A stretch of 64,000 bases of DNA from positions 203,468 through 267,467 of the IMG/VR virus record IMGVR_UViG_3300049460_000121, one strand, 5' to 3'. A program made the translations under genes and the position numbers. The stretch comes from a virus (lineage: Duplodnaviria > Heunggongvirae > Uroviricota > Caudoviricetes). Shown here piece after piece: positions 36,490 through 44,810 of the stretch; the stretch's first letter is position 1; every line of letters starts with the position of its first letter. The notes under the pieces were generated by a model, which searched no databases, was not told where the DNA came from, and saw only the letters and a program-made list of their open reading frames with translations.

Positions 36490-36728
36490 TAGTCTTCATC
36501 CTTTTCGAATTGATCAAGCATGTCAGAGCATCGCCCTGGCAAGTCTTCAGGCGTGATGCCACCTTCGTCATACAGCGCGAAGATTGCAGCGATGGCCTTA
36601 CGTTGTGCGATAGATTTGTACCACGCGATCCTAAACCGCGCGATCCGTTCCTCGTGTTGCCTTCCCGACTCCTGACGGTAAGCCAGTTCTTCCATCCAAG
36701 GAGTCGGGTTGTGGGTAAGGAGTAACAT
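36489..36728 (-). CDS. hypothetical protein (79 aa)
   Basis: Tracked ORF. Confidence 0.45.
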   Translation of the reverse strand: MLLLTHNPTPWMEELAYRQESGRQHEERIARFRIAWYKSIAQRKAIAAIFALYDEGGITPEDLPGRCSDMLDQFEKDED

Positions 36729-37462
36729 CAGCCGCCCGCGTTGACTACGGCTTCAACAGCCTGCAAGGTCTCTGGACCACTAACCACAGTAGGCTCTACT
36801 GTCGCCATATCGGCAATCGTGACAGGTGGTGTGGGTGGAGTGATCACCATGGACAAATGGACGTTGCCGTCCCAACCATGATTGCTGATGTGGGCAATAC
36901 GCATGTCGATGGCAGAACGACAGATCTCACGACGGATCTGTTCATCGGTGACGAACTTATTACCTTCGCCATGACGACCACGGAAGTACGCATTACCTGT
37001 ACGGTCTTCGTAACGCAGTTCGACTTTGAACCGCTGCAAGATCACCATGCAGAGTTCGAGGTCATTGACCGGATCGAATTTCTTATACGAGGCATTCAGA
37101 TTGAGGATGTCGATAGGACCCTTGAGGTAAAGACCTTCATCAGCCTGATGTATGATCGGATGGTTGTTGCGAGGATCTTTCCACTCGAAGATCGATGCCA
37201 GGGCGTATGCAATACCTTCGTCGGTGAAGAAGTCGGTTGGCGTACTGACCTTGTAGTCGCCTTCAAGAGGAAACTCTTCCATCTTGATATCGACAACAAC
37301 TGCATCGCGAGCCAGGCCCATGGTGACGAAGTTCAGCATAGAGGCAGCGGAACTCTGCTGTAACTCACCTTTGTGGTTTACGCTAGGGACGTTCTGTCCG
37401 ACGGCGATCACGCCTTCTGGACCAATTACGGAAACGCGATGATAGGTCTTGAATGGTTGCAT
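36728..37462 (-). CDS. hypothetical protein (244 aa)
   Basis: Tracked ORF. Confidence 0.5.
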   Translation of the reverse strand: MQPFKTYHRVSVIGPEGVIAVGQNVPSVNHKGELQQSSAASMLNFVTMGLARDAVVVDIKMEEFPLEGDYKVSTPTDFFTDEGIAYALASIFEWKDPRNNHPIIHQADEGLYLKGPIDILNLNASYKKFDPVNDLELCMVILQRFKVELRYEDRTGNAYFRGRHGEGNKFVTDEQIRREICRSAIDMRIAHISNHGWDGNVHLSMVITPPTPPVTIADMATVEPTVVSGPETLQAVEAVVNAGG

Positions 37463-37489
37463 GGTGAAACTCCTTGTTAAATAGGGGGA

Positions 37490-38302
37490 TTAGAAGGGGT
37501 GGTCAAGATCGTCGCTGTCAACAGGTGCGTAGTACAACACCAAGCCCTGTGGATCACGAGCGACAAAGATGTCGTCGATGTTACGGAGGTTGTCGATGAT
37601 GGCGGTAATGGCCTCATCGCTAAGGTTCAGGGTAGAGAGGTCAAAGAGAAACTTCTCCGGCTGGACTTCAGAACAATAAGTACTCATGCCGATGAGTACC
37701 GCGTTTTCGCCGAACGGTTTCCAGCCCAGCTGGTCGCAGATCCCATCCTCGCAATCGATGTTCGAGAAGTCGTACGGTTCAGGAAGATCGAGCCCTCCGT
37801 ACTCTTTGATCAGACGAGTCTCAAGAGCCTCCGCCAAGAGCTCAGTCAACTCACCCACTGAATCCACCACGTACTGAGGATTCTTACTGTGCTGGACGAT
37901 CATGCTGACCACAGACCGACGGAGCTGTTTCATCATGTCGTGGTAGCTGGAGATCTGATTGCGCTCAACCCGTGTAGCGAGAGGTTGTGGTTGATCCCGA
38001 CTGATGGTGAAGGCGTAGTGCATGATGCGTGGGATTTTCTTCAGCAGCACATCCACGTCATCGAGCAGTTGGTCGTGTTCCGACTCGACGCGAGTGAGTT
38101 CGATCGCTTCCATCACGTAGCTGAAGTCTGGACTGATGAACTTCTCACGGCTCATGTCGAGGACCTTCTCTTTGGTCTCTTTTACGAGCTCTTCGATAGA
38201 GCCGCAGTGACCAAGGAACCGACTGTCCATGATCTTGTAGTCACCATCGAAAGGGACCTTGCCAGTCCAACGGGTTAGCGAATTCAGTGCGTAGATTGCC
38301 AT
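37490..38302 (-). CDS. hypothetical protein (270 aa)
   Basis: Tracked ORF, first gene after promoter copy 38321..38360. Confidence 0.5.
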   Translation of the reverse strand: MAIYALNSLTRWTGKVPFDGDYKIMDSRFLGHCGSIEELVKETKEKVLDMSREKFISPDFSYVMEAIELTRVESEHDQLLDDVDVLLKKIPRIMHYAFTISRDQPQPLATRVERNQISSYHDMMKQLRRSVVSMIVQHSKNPQYVVDSVGELTELLAEALETRLIKEYGGLDLPEPYDFSNIDCEDGICDQLGWKPFGENAVLIGMSTYCSEVQPEKFLFDLSTLNLSDEAITAIIDNLRNIDDIFVARDPQGLVLYYAPVDSDDLDHPF

Positions 38303-38320
38303 GTCTTGATTTCCTGTACG

Positions 38321-38360
38321 GAATGAGGGTGTTCATGCTTACAATGTACGACTACAGATC
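38321..38360 (-). promoter_or_regulatory. promoter-like motif copy (minus reading TGTAGTCGTACATTGTAAGCATGAACACCCTCATTC)
   Basis: Directly downstream of the terminator at 38371 and about 50 nt upstream of the ATG at 38302. Confidence 0.5.
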
Positions 38361-38370
38361 TTTACAGTAA

Positions 38371-38417
38371 GGGACATAAAGGCTAGGCGGAAATCCCACC
38401 TAGCTGTGTCTTTACGC
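38371..38417 (-). terminator. GGGACATAAAGG-hairpin (GCTAGGCGG-aaat-CCCACCTAGC)-TGTGTCTTTACGCTG terminator variant
   Basis: Abuts the stop of 38412..38831. Confidence 0.5.
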
Positions 38418-38831
38418 TGCCTTGGCAGTTACCAGTTTGTAGCTCGTGTGTCCACCAACACGCACCCCGGCATAGAAGAGGATACAGCGCCACTTAGCCA
38501 CACCCTCAGCTCGCAATGCGCGGTAGAAGATCTGGTCACATTCCTTTCGGGTTGGGTAGTAGACACTCCCATCCGTCCTAGCAATCCCGTAGCCACGATA
38601 GATCCAGTCGTGGATCGTCGCAGCCTTGTCCCCGTACCCAACCAGCAGGGCGTAGAACAGGAACAGGAGCAGTTTCTTCAGCACGTCGAGACTGGCGTAG
38701 TCGGTAATGAACCCGTTCTTCGCCGTGACCACACCGAACCCCAGAACGTCATCGAAGGCAAAGTCAGAGAGAAGCTGATACTTTCTCCGTCCCAGTTCCC
38801 GTGTGTCGAGATAGGTAAAAGCTTTTGACAT
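38412..38831 (-). CDS. hypothetical protein (139 aa, hydrophobic central segment)
   Basis: Tracked ORF. Confidence 0.45.
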   Translation of the reverse strand: MSKAFTYLDTRELGRRKYQLLSDFAFDDVLGFGVVTAKNGFITDYASLDVLKKLLLFLFYALLVGYGDKAATIHDWIYRGYGIARTDGSVYYPTRKECDQIFYRALRAEGVAKWRCILFYAGVRVGGHTSYKLVTAKAA

Positions 38832-38878
38832 GGTGAAACTCCAGAACGTATACCCTACTCAGGGCATAACATTTCCGG

Positions 38879-39076
38879 TTAGCCGTTGTGTTTCAAACAC
38901 AGCTCCGTGTAGTCGGCAACAAACGACTTGGAGTGAACAACTTTACCATCGCCCCGCGTGTAGTACCGTCCAGTAGATTCGGCTACCTGTATCGCCTCCC
39001 GCTCTGCCCGTTCTACCTGCGACAGGCGTTCTGGATTACGGCGGAGCATTTCACGGAAATAACCCATATCGGCCAT
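38879..39076 (-). CDS. small hypothetical protein (65 aa)
   Basis: Tracked ORF. Confidence 0.35.
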   Translation of the reverse strand: MADMGYFREMLRRNPERLSQVERAEREAIQVAESTGRYYTRGDGKVVHSKSFVADYTELCLKHNG

Positions 39077-39086
39077 GGAGTAGTCC

Positions 39087-39374
39087 TCAGTTTATCAATA
39101 CGTAAGGTTGACGTTTGGAGCGGAATTCTTTCTCAAGCGCCCTGGCCTCGCCTATGCTCCCGCATTCCACAACCTTAGCCTTGACCTTGCTATCGAGCTT
39201 GCACAGCTTGGTGAGGCGCTTGATGGGGCACGATGCGGTGGTAAGACTGGCCACTAGATCATCGGCCTCTTTCTGGGCGTCAGACGACGATCCGGTGTAG
39301 ACTTGTCCGGTGGCTTGGTGTTCGATGTAATAGAAACCTTTGACTTTCACAGTCGTAACTCCCCAATTGTTCAT
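39087..39374 (-). CDS. GIY-YIG family nuclease-like protein (about 95 aa)
   Basis: KGFYYIEHQATGQVYTGSS matches the GIY-(10)-YIG spacing, with a downstream conserved R...E. Start set at MNNWG. Confidence 0.5.
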   Translation of the reverse strand: MNNWGVTTVKVKGFYYIEHQATGQVYTGSSSDAQKEADDLVASLTTASCPIKRLTKLCKLDSKVKAKVVECGSIGEARALEKEFRSKRQPYVLIN

Positions 39375-39402
39375 CCGATATGCAGCCGCTGTAATAAATA
39401 AC

Positions 39403-39458
39403 AACAAAAAAAGAAAGGTAACTGGAGGGATGGCCCTCCAGTGTTAATCAATATTGCA
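39403..39458 (-). terminator. stereotyped terminator (CAACAAAAAAAGAAAGG, hairpin CTGGAGGG-atgg-CCCTCCAG)
   Basis: Lies between 39462..39773 and the GIY-YIG gene. Confidence 0.65.
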
Positions 39459-39461
39459 GCA

Positions 39462-39773
39462 TCACAGTACCAGTACGTCAATTATCTGACCCCGCTTCGC
39501 TTCGTTATATTTATCAACAGCGGCCATCAAGTGACCGCGTTCAACCCGCATTTCCCCCAGCACCTCCTGGCGTAGAAATATATTGCCATCACGATCCATG
39601 AACAACTCACGCACTTCGAAATGTGGTGCGTTCAGTAGCAGTACCAGCTTAGCCGCCATGCCCTCCAAGAGGAGGGTAGCGACGTACTTCGCATTACCAC
39701 GACGTTTTGTTACTTCATCGATATACAGTCCTTCTTTCTTAATCAATCGGTTCAGCCTATCTTCGACATTCAT
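39462..39773 (-). CDS. hypothetical protein (103 aa), tandem paralogue of 39826..40134
   Basis: Start moved to MNVEDRL, preceded by AAGGAGA. Shared pattern: DRL....G.Y.DE...KLVL..NA...RELT...DG. Confidence 0.5.
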   Translation of the reverse strand: MNVEDRLNRLIKKEGLYIDEVTKRRGNAKYVATLLLEGMAAKLVLLLNAPHFEVRELFMDRDGNIFLRQEVLGEMRVERGHLMAAVDKYNEAKRGQIIDVLVL

Positions 39774-39825
39774 CACTACTCTCCTTAGTGTGGGTTTGTT
39801 ACCTCCATCCAACAGTCAACGCACC

Positions 39826-40134
39826 TCACAGTGCGAAGACGTCGGACAATTTACCTTGACCAGATTCGTTGTAGACGTGGATAGCGTATTGCATCTTGCC
39901 ACGACGTACTTCCAGACGACCGATGACTTTAGGATGTGCGACCACCTGACCATCAGGCATCAGGGTCAGTTCGCGCATCTTGCCAGTTTCGGCGTTGTCG
40001 ATCAGAACCAGCTTCTCACCTTCCCGACAGCTGTGAACGGCGAACCATTGGGCGATCTTGAGATCACGACCAGCTTCATCGACGTAGCGACCACGGTTTG
40101 CTACCAGACGATCCATTACAATTTTAACGCTCAT
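39826..40134 (-). CDS. hypothetical protein (102 aa), tandem paralogue of 39462..39773
   Basis: Tracked ORF. Confidence 0.5.
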   Translation of the reverse strand: MSVKIVMDRLVANRGRYVDEAGRDLKIAQWFAVHSCREGEKLVLIDNAETGKMRELTLMPDGQVVAHPKVIGRLEVRRGKMQYAIHVYNESGQGKLSDVFAL

Positions 40135-40150
40135 GGTGTTACCCCAATAG

Positions 40151-40190
40151 TGATAAGAATGTTGTTACTCCATGTGAATTATGTATGACC
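40151..40190 (-). promoter_or_regulatory. promoter-like motif copy (minus reading TTATGGTCATACATAATTCACATGGAGTAACAACA)
   Basis: Between the terminator hairpin at 40205 and the ATG at 40134. Confidence 0.45.
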
Positions 40191-40204
40191 ATAAAACTTT
40201 TAAC

Positions 40205-40245
40205 AGCATAGACGATGCGGTGGTAAGCCGCATCGTCTATGTATG
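40205..40245 (-). terminator. hairpin ATAGACGATGCGG-tggtaa-GCCGCATCGTCTAT flanked by CAGCATAGA on the plus strand and TATGTATGCT after it
   Basis: Symmetric version of the stereotyped element. Abuts the stop of the HNH gene. Confidence 0.5.
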
Positions 40246-40575
40246 CTACTTCTTCTTGATCAAACCGTTATCGTAAGCGTCCTGAGTGTTCTTGGAGATG
40301 GATCCCCACTTCAGGTTGGCCGGCTTGTTGTTCTTCTTGTCGTCATCGCCGTGCAAGACGATCTGGTTGCCAGTGGGTGGACCTTTGAACGCACGACACA
40401 CCAGGTCATGCACGTAGCACAGGGTAGGCTTCTTATCGCCCTTCTTGTACACGGAGACTTTGAGATAGTGACCGGCGTTACCGCCCTTGGTGACGTACTT
40501 GGTATCGTCGTTACGAATCTCACCTTCAGAGGAGGCAGAGTAACCTGGATAGCCTGGAATCTTTTTCCAAGTCAT
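40246..40575 (-). CDS. HNH homing endonuclease-like protein (109 aa)
   Basis: N-terminus WKKIPGYPGYSASSEGEIRN is the typical phage HNH endonuclease N-terminal box. HNH core LHGDDDKKNNKPANLKWGS. Confidence 0.6.
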   Translation of the reverse strand: MTWKKIPGYPGYSASSEGEIRNDDTKYVTKGGNAGHYLKVSVYKKGDKKPTLCYVHDLVCRAFKGPPTGNQIVLHGDDDKKNNKPANLKWGSISKNTQDAYDNGLIKKK

Positions 40576-40616
40576 GGGGATGTCTCACAAAAGAAATGGG
40601 GGAGTCACATAATCAG

Positions 40617-40675
40617 ACAAAAAAAAGAAAGGCGTAGACGCCGGGACTCGACGTCCCGGCTATTTGTTACGCTGC
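40617..40675 (-). terminator. stereotyped terminator (ACAAAAAAAAGAAAGG, hairpin GCCGGGAC-tcgac-GTCCCGGC, then TATTTGTTACGCTG)
   Basis: Lies between the HNH gene and 40667..40858. Confidence 0.65.
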
Positions 40676-40858
40676 ATAACGTACATCCAGGTTGGTCAGC
40701 TCAGCTTCGATAGCCATGGCTTCGTCGGAACGAACACCGTGAGCTTTCATAGCACGATCCAGACGGCGGATCAGAGCAGCTTCTTCACACTTGCGAGCGT
40801 ATTCCAGATCAGCAGCAGAAGTCAGAGCGGATTTGAACAGAGCGATGATATTCGACAT
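40667..40858 (-). CDS. small hypothetical protein (63 aa)
   Basis: Start at MSNIIALF, preceded by GGAG. The track low coordinate is offset 1 nt from the displayed sequence here. Confidence 0.4.
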   Translation of the reverse strand: MSNIIALFKSALTSAADLEYARKCEEAALIRRLDRAMKAHGVRSDEAMAIEAELTNLDVRYAA

Positions 40859-40930
40859 GGTATTTCTCCTCAGGGTCATAATCCACACCCAGCCGAAATG
40901 GCCAGGTGTGGTTATGTAATAGTTGGTTGC

Positions 40931-40976
40931 GAGCAATCAGTGGGATTGTTCATGCTAACTATGTATGACTGAAAAG
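40931..40976 (-). promoter_or_regulatory. promoter-like motif copy, near-identical to 3191..3232 (TTTTCAGTCATACATAGTTAGCATGAACAATCCCACTG)
   Basis: 38-nt near-identity to the copy at 3191. Confidence 0.5.
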
Positions 40977-40990
40977 AATTTGGATCGAAT

Positions 40991-41431
40991 TCACCAGCGC
41001 ATTGTCTTCGAGAACTTGATCGGACTACGTTTGCAAGCGGCTTCAACTGCATGGCGGACTGCCTCGCGTTGTTCTTTGAAGAAGACGAAGTGCTCAGCCG
41101 GTGGTGTAATGCCGGCACCAGGCGTGAACTTGAATACCTCTTTGTGCCACTTCAGATCCGCGGGATGGATAACCCCTTCTGGATCGCCCAACTTGACAAA
41201 CGGGATCTTCTGATCCTTCATGCAGCGTTCACGATCGCAACCACGCGAGTGTGCGATGTAGAGGTCAGCGTCCATGCGAGGACAGGTCATTGGTTCGCCC
41301 GCATCGTAGGTGATCTCATTCACGCCGAGTTGCTTGAGATACGCTTCGATTTCAGCGTAGTACTGCGCAGCGATGGGAGTGTTCAGGTACTTGGGATTCC
41401 CCTTGATGATTACAACAGAAAGTCGTGCCAT
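40991..41431 (-). CDS. hypothetical protein (146 aa)
   Basis: Start at MARLSVVIIKG with a GAGG SD. Confidence 0.5.
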   Translation of the reverse strand: MARLSVVIIKGNPKYLNTPIAAQYYAEIEAYLKQLGVNEITYDAGEPMTCPRMDADLYIAHSRGCDRERCMKDQKIPFVKLGDPEGVIHPADLKWHKEVFKFTPGAGITPPAEHFVFFKEQREAVRHAVEAACKRSPIKFSKTMRW

Positions 41432-41495
41432 ATGTAGCCTCAAAATAAAAGAGTCTGTCAGAGGGAGTATCCCCTCTGACATATAGTAACGAGGA

Positions 41496-41891
41496 TTAGT
41501 CGTGGAAGAACTTCATAGCCCGATCCACGTCTGCCGCCGATTCTTCAATCGTGGCTTTCAGTGGGTCAGTGAAGTTATCGTTGATAGAATCGCTGTGCGA
41601 CATAATCACGGCGATGTACTTGTTGATGTCCTCGCAACGGACCGAACGGACCTTGCCTTCCAGTTCAGCCAAAGCCTCTTCCGGAGTATCAGCGAACGTC
41701 AGCGGGAACCAGGTCGAATCGAAGTACTGCGAGAACCCTTCTTCTGGGCAGCCGAGGAAGAGGTCATGCAGACGATCTTCGCTCAGGCCAGGACCGCCGA
41801 GGAACGCGTAGTGGGACTTGTCGGCTTCGAGCTGGTACAGGGTCAGGTCAGGTACTTGTTGCTTGAGAGCTTCGATAGTGAGCTTAGACAT
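41496..41891 (-). CDS. hypothetical protein (131 aa)
   Basis: Start at MSKLTIEAL, overlapping the upstream stop as TAATG. Confidence 0.5.
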   Translation of the reverse strand: MSKLTIEALKQQVPDLTLYQLEADKSHYAFLGGPGLSEDRLHDLFLGCPEEGFSQYFDSTWFPLTFADTPEEALAELEGKVRSVRCEDINKYIAVIMSHSDSINDNFTDPLKATIEESAADVDRAMKFFHD

Positions 41892-42313
41892 TAGTTTGTC
41901 CCCACGATAATAGCGTACAGGTCGTTGTGAGGGTGTTCGAACATGTTGTTGGTGTGCGTAACCCTCCACGTACCGTCTGGGAGTTCGTCCAGGTGATAGA
42001 GTTCATCGGACTGGAGGTTTAGGGTGGTGTAGATCTGAATCTTCACGCCCGTCTCACCGATGGTGAAACCCACGTTGTGTGGAATGGCTGCGCCTGTGTC
42101 CTTGATGAACGGGATGCAGAAGCGTTGGCAGCCTTCTTCCACGAACTCGAGCGCATCCAGAACGAGCCAGGTGTTGCCCTTGCGTTCGATGTGAAAGAAA
42201 CGCAGACTTCCTTGCTTGAGAGTAATCTGTTTGTAGATCGCATCTTCAAGGATCCGCTTCCCTTCAGAGAAGTTGAAGGTAACGCTGACGTGCTGCTGCT
42301 GTTTCTTGGCCAC
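41891..42313 (-). CDS. hypothetical protein (140 aa, GTG start)
   Basis: AAGGAGG, then a 5-nt spacer, then GTG (VAKKQQQH). The longer tracked ORF would overlap 42333..42647. Confidence 0.5.
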   Translation of the reverse strand: MAKKQQQHVSVTFNFSEGKRILEDAIYKQITLKQGSLRFFHIERKGNTWLVLDALEFVEEGCQRFCIPFIKDTGAAIPHNVGFTIGETGVKIQIYTTLNLQSDELYHLDELPDGTWRVTHTNNMFEHPHNDLYAIIVGTN

Positions 42314-42332
42314 GTTGGCCTCCTTGGTGTTA

Positions 42333-42647
42333 TTAGTTTGCGCAGGGTGCGCTGTGTACGAGCTCGTACGATTCGTACATGAGTTTGTTGCTGTGTCCAC
42401 GAGAAGACTGTTTAACCAGGTAGGCGGTGAACGTCGCCTGTCCGATGTTTTCGCGATTGGTCAAGTGGCAGTTTGGCAAGACTGCCTCGACCTTCTCAAC
42501 CAATTCTTTGGTATCCATCAGCGGGAAGAACAACGACGGATCGTACACGGTGTTCTGGAAGAAGTAATGATCCCCAAAGTCCACCAGATCCATGACCGTG
42601 TTGGTCTCATTGTTCTTCACCTGGATGAAGTAACGCTCACCTACCAT
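42333..42647 (-). CDS. hypothetical protein (104 aa)
   Basis: GAGGAA SD. Confidence 0.45.
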   Translation of the reverse strand: MVGERYFIQVKNNETNTVMDLVDFGDHYFFQNTVYDPSLFFPLMDTKELVEKVEAVLPNCHLTNRENIGQATFTAYLVKQSSRGHSNKLMYESYELVHSAPCAN

Positions 42648-42662
42648 GATCGGTTCCTCGGT

Positions 42663-42986
42663 CTATTCTGCGTTGGATTTCAGATATTCCAGCAAGCGCT
42701 GAGCGCCTTCCTGATTAGTGACTTGACCAAGCAGGAGGTCTTTACCATTACAGTCCCAGAGCAGCACCCAGAAGTCGCTGGTGGGGTTAGAACGCCGGAT
42801 CGAGTAATCCGCGACGGTACGCGGTTCAGTGGTGTGGTCCAAGGTGCTAGCCAGGAACATGCTGATCCACTGACGTTCTTTATCAACGATCGTTGCCAGG
42901 TAACCAGACGTCTGGCTTGTGAGAGCCTTCGTGATGTAACCTTCGATCACTTCGCCGTCAGTCACTTCGATATCGTTAATGTCCAC
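42663..42986 (-). CDS. hypothetical protein (107 aa, GTG start)
   Basis: AGGAG SD 6 nt before GTG. Confidence 0.45.
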   Translation of the reverse strand: MDINDIEVTDGEVIEGYITKALTSQTSGYLATIVDKERQWISMFLASTLDHTTEPRTVADYSIRRSNPTSDFWVLLWDCNGKDLLLGQVTNQEGAQRLLEYLKSNAE

Positions 42987-42995
42987 ACTAAACTC

Positions 42996-43295
42996 CTACT
43001 TAAACAGGTTGCGATACTTCTGGATGGCTTGCTGCATGTACAACTGCACCAAGGTACCCGAAACGTGGGGAGGGATCTTCACACAGTCATTCACGTAGCG
43101 CGGCAGAGCCGTCCAGAAACTGGAGGTCTCAGGCGCCAAGTTGAAGTTTTCACGGAACCAGCTACCGCGAGTGATGGCATTCTCCACCAACTCATCCATC
43201 TGGATCCCGAGCAGTTCCGACTCGAGCTGTTGTTTGCGATGATCGCGGTTAACGTTCATCGTAGCGATGACATCTTGAGGAGTTTTGTTATTCAC
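42996..43295 (-). CDS. hypothetical protein (99 aa)
   Basis: Tracked ORF. Confidence 0.45.
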   Translation of the reverse strand: MNNKTPQDVIATMNVNRDHRKQQLESELLGIQMDELVENAITRGSWFRENFNLAPETSSFWTALPRYVNDCVKIPPHVSGTLVQLYMQQAIQKYRNLFK

Positions 43296-43530
43296 TGGGA
43301 ACCTTCTTTGCCTTTACGGCACGGGTAGGTTTTGTGATCAGCTGGAATTGAGGACCAGTGTCAGTAAACACCAAGGCTACAGTTCCACCACAGCTGACGG
43401 TTTCATTGATTCCAATACGCAGAGCATGGAGCTGAGGCGCACTCAGCCCTTTGTTCAAACGCCGGTACTGATTCAGCAACTGCAACGCATTACGCAATGC
43501 TGGAGGGACGGTGGATTCGAATTCAGTCAC
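43288..43530 (-). CDS. hypothetical protein (80 aa)
   Basis: Tracked ORF. Confidence 0.4.
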   Translation of the reverse strand: MTEFESTVPPALRNALQLLNQYRRLNKGLSAPQLHALRIGINETVSCGGTVALVFTDTGPQFQLITKPTRAVKAKKVPSE

Positions 43531-43538
43531 ACCAGACC

Positions 43539-43805
43539 TCAGTAGTGGATGTAGATGATGATGCCCAGTTTCGCGCCAGCTACGCCGGTACGGTTCCAGT
43601 AGACAACTTCGTTACCGAACTCCATTTCTACCTTGGCTTCGTACTCATCGTTGTCTTCACACAGACGCTTGCGGTCGATCTCGAACTTGGCGCCTTCTTC
43701 AAGCACAACACCAGCCTGGTTCAAAGCACGTTCAGCGGTGATCTTACCACTAGTGCCATCGAATGCCAGGGATACACAGATTTCAGTTGGAAACGAGCGA
43801 GCCAT
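43539..43805 (-). CDS. hypothetical protein (88 aa)
   Basis: Tracked ORF. Confidence 0.4.
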   Translation of the reverse strand: MARSFPTEICVSLAFDGTSGKITAERALNQAGVVLEEGAKFEIDRKRLCEDNDEYEAKVEMEFGNEVVYWNRTGVAGAKLGIIIYIHY

Positions 43806-43817
43806 AGGGTTCTTCCT

Positions 43818-44237
43818 TTATACCTGTTCGATATATTTGTACATAAGGGCCTTGATGTCAGCTTGGTCCTTAGGTCGATTGAGTTGAAGCTTCTGAATCA
43901 ACAGGGAGCGTGCGTCGTACACGAAGACCCCGTCAATCTCCGTTGTAGTGAAGGCATGATCAATTGGCGCGATGCTCAGCCACTCGTAATACTGAATCAT
44001 CTCAGTCGGTTGACCAGGACGGACAGGATGGCGGATAGCTTTACCTTGCAATCTAGCGCGGGTACGAATCCCGGTGTACAGTGATCCACGAGGAATATGG
44101 ACATCCAGATCGGACGTCTCATTTCGGAGGCCATGCATAATGCATGCCCCGCCAGCGGATAACACCACTTGACTTGGGTGGAGTTCCAAAGTCTTGCACA
44201 CCAACTTATACCGTTCGATCAGTTCACTGCGGTTCAT
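43818..44237 (-). CDS. minimal nucleotidyltransferase-fold protein (139 aa), paralogue of 44811..45239
   Basis: Pol-beta-type NTase signature SAGGACIMHGLRNETSDLDVHIP (G[GS] followed by D.D). Confidence 0.5.
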   Translation of the reverse strand: MNRSELIERYKLVCKTLELHPSQVVLSAGGACIMHGLRNETSDLDVHIPRGSLYTGIRTRARLQGKAIRHPVRPGQPTEMIQYYEWLSIAPIDHAFTTTEIDGVFVYDARSLLIQKLQLNRPKDQADIKALMYKYIEQV

Positions 44238-44271
44238 GACTAAGGGTCCTCCTAGGACTTCATCGTTCCGT

Positions 44272-44802
44272 TTATATCGACGTCATGTCCACAGGGAACA
44301 CTTCAGCCACCTTATCGAAGAAAGCACTGTCGTTCTGTTTGCGGACGCCACTTGTTTTATTCTGTCTGATGATGCAGACCGTGTCAGCCATGAAGTGAAA
44401 CGCTTCAGGTACACGACCCACATAACCGAAGGCCGCGTCTGTGACACTGGTGACCAACAGATTAGGATAGCCAGGCCACATTGCCGGCCAATGACTAATC
44501 AAGCGGGGTATGTCGAGAACCAACGTACGGCGTTTACGCATCTGAGTGAGGGAATTACGGACATGGGACGGTACTTCTACATCGTCATCGTCCCAATCCT
44601 TCGACTTTTCAGTCTCCTTGAACGGAGGAGGATTGGGATTAGGGAACTCGCGAGCGAGGTTCTCCAAACCATCGAAGAACGTATCGACCGTCATGTGGTG
44701 TTCGATACCTTGCAGTTTTTTGACTGTGTCGATATGTCCTTCTTTATCCACCACCAGCCAGTGGACCTTCGCCACTGGCATTGCATCTACCATGCGTTCC
44801 AT
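44272..44802 (-). CDS. hypothetical protein (176 aa) flanked by the two NTase-fold paralogues
   Basis: Tracked ORF; acidic patch DWDDDDVE. Confidence 0.5.
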   Translation of the reverse strand: MERMVDAMPVAKVHWLVVDKEGHIDTVKKLQGIEHHMTVDTFFDGLENLAREFPNPNPPPFKETEKSKDWDDDDVEVPSHVRNSLTQMRKRRTLVLDIPRLISHWPAMWPGYPNLLVTSVTDAAFGYVGRVPEAFHFMADTVCIIRQNKTSGVRKQNDSAFFDKVAEVFPVDMTSI

Positions 44803-44810
44803 AGTTACTC

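Noticed and set aside
42273-43328. 351-aa plus-strand ORF, and 47882..49021 plus (379 aa)
   Set aside because: They are antisense to continuous minus-strand operons whose genes have SDs and coupling overlaps. Composition is atypical (His/Arg/Val-rich).
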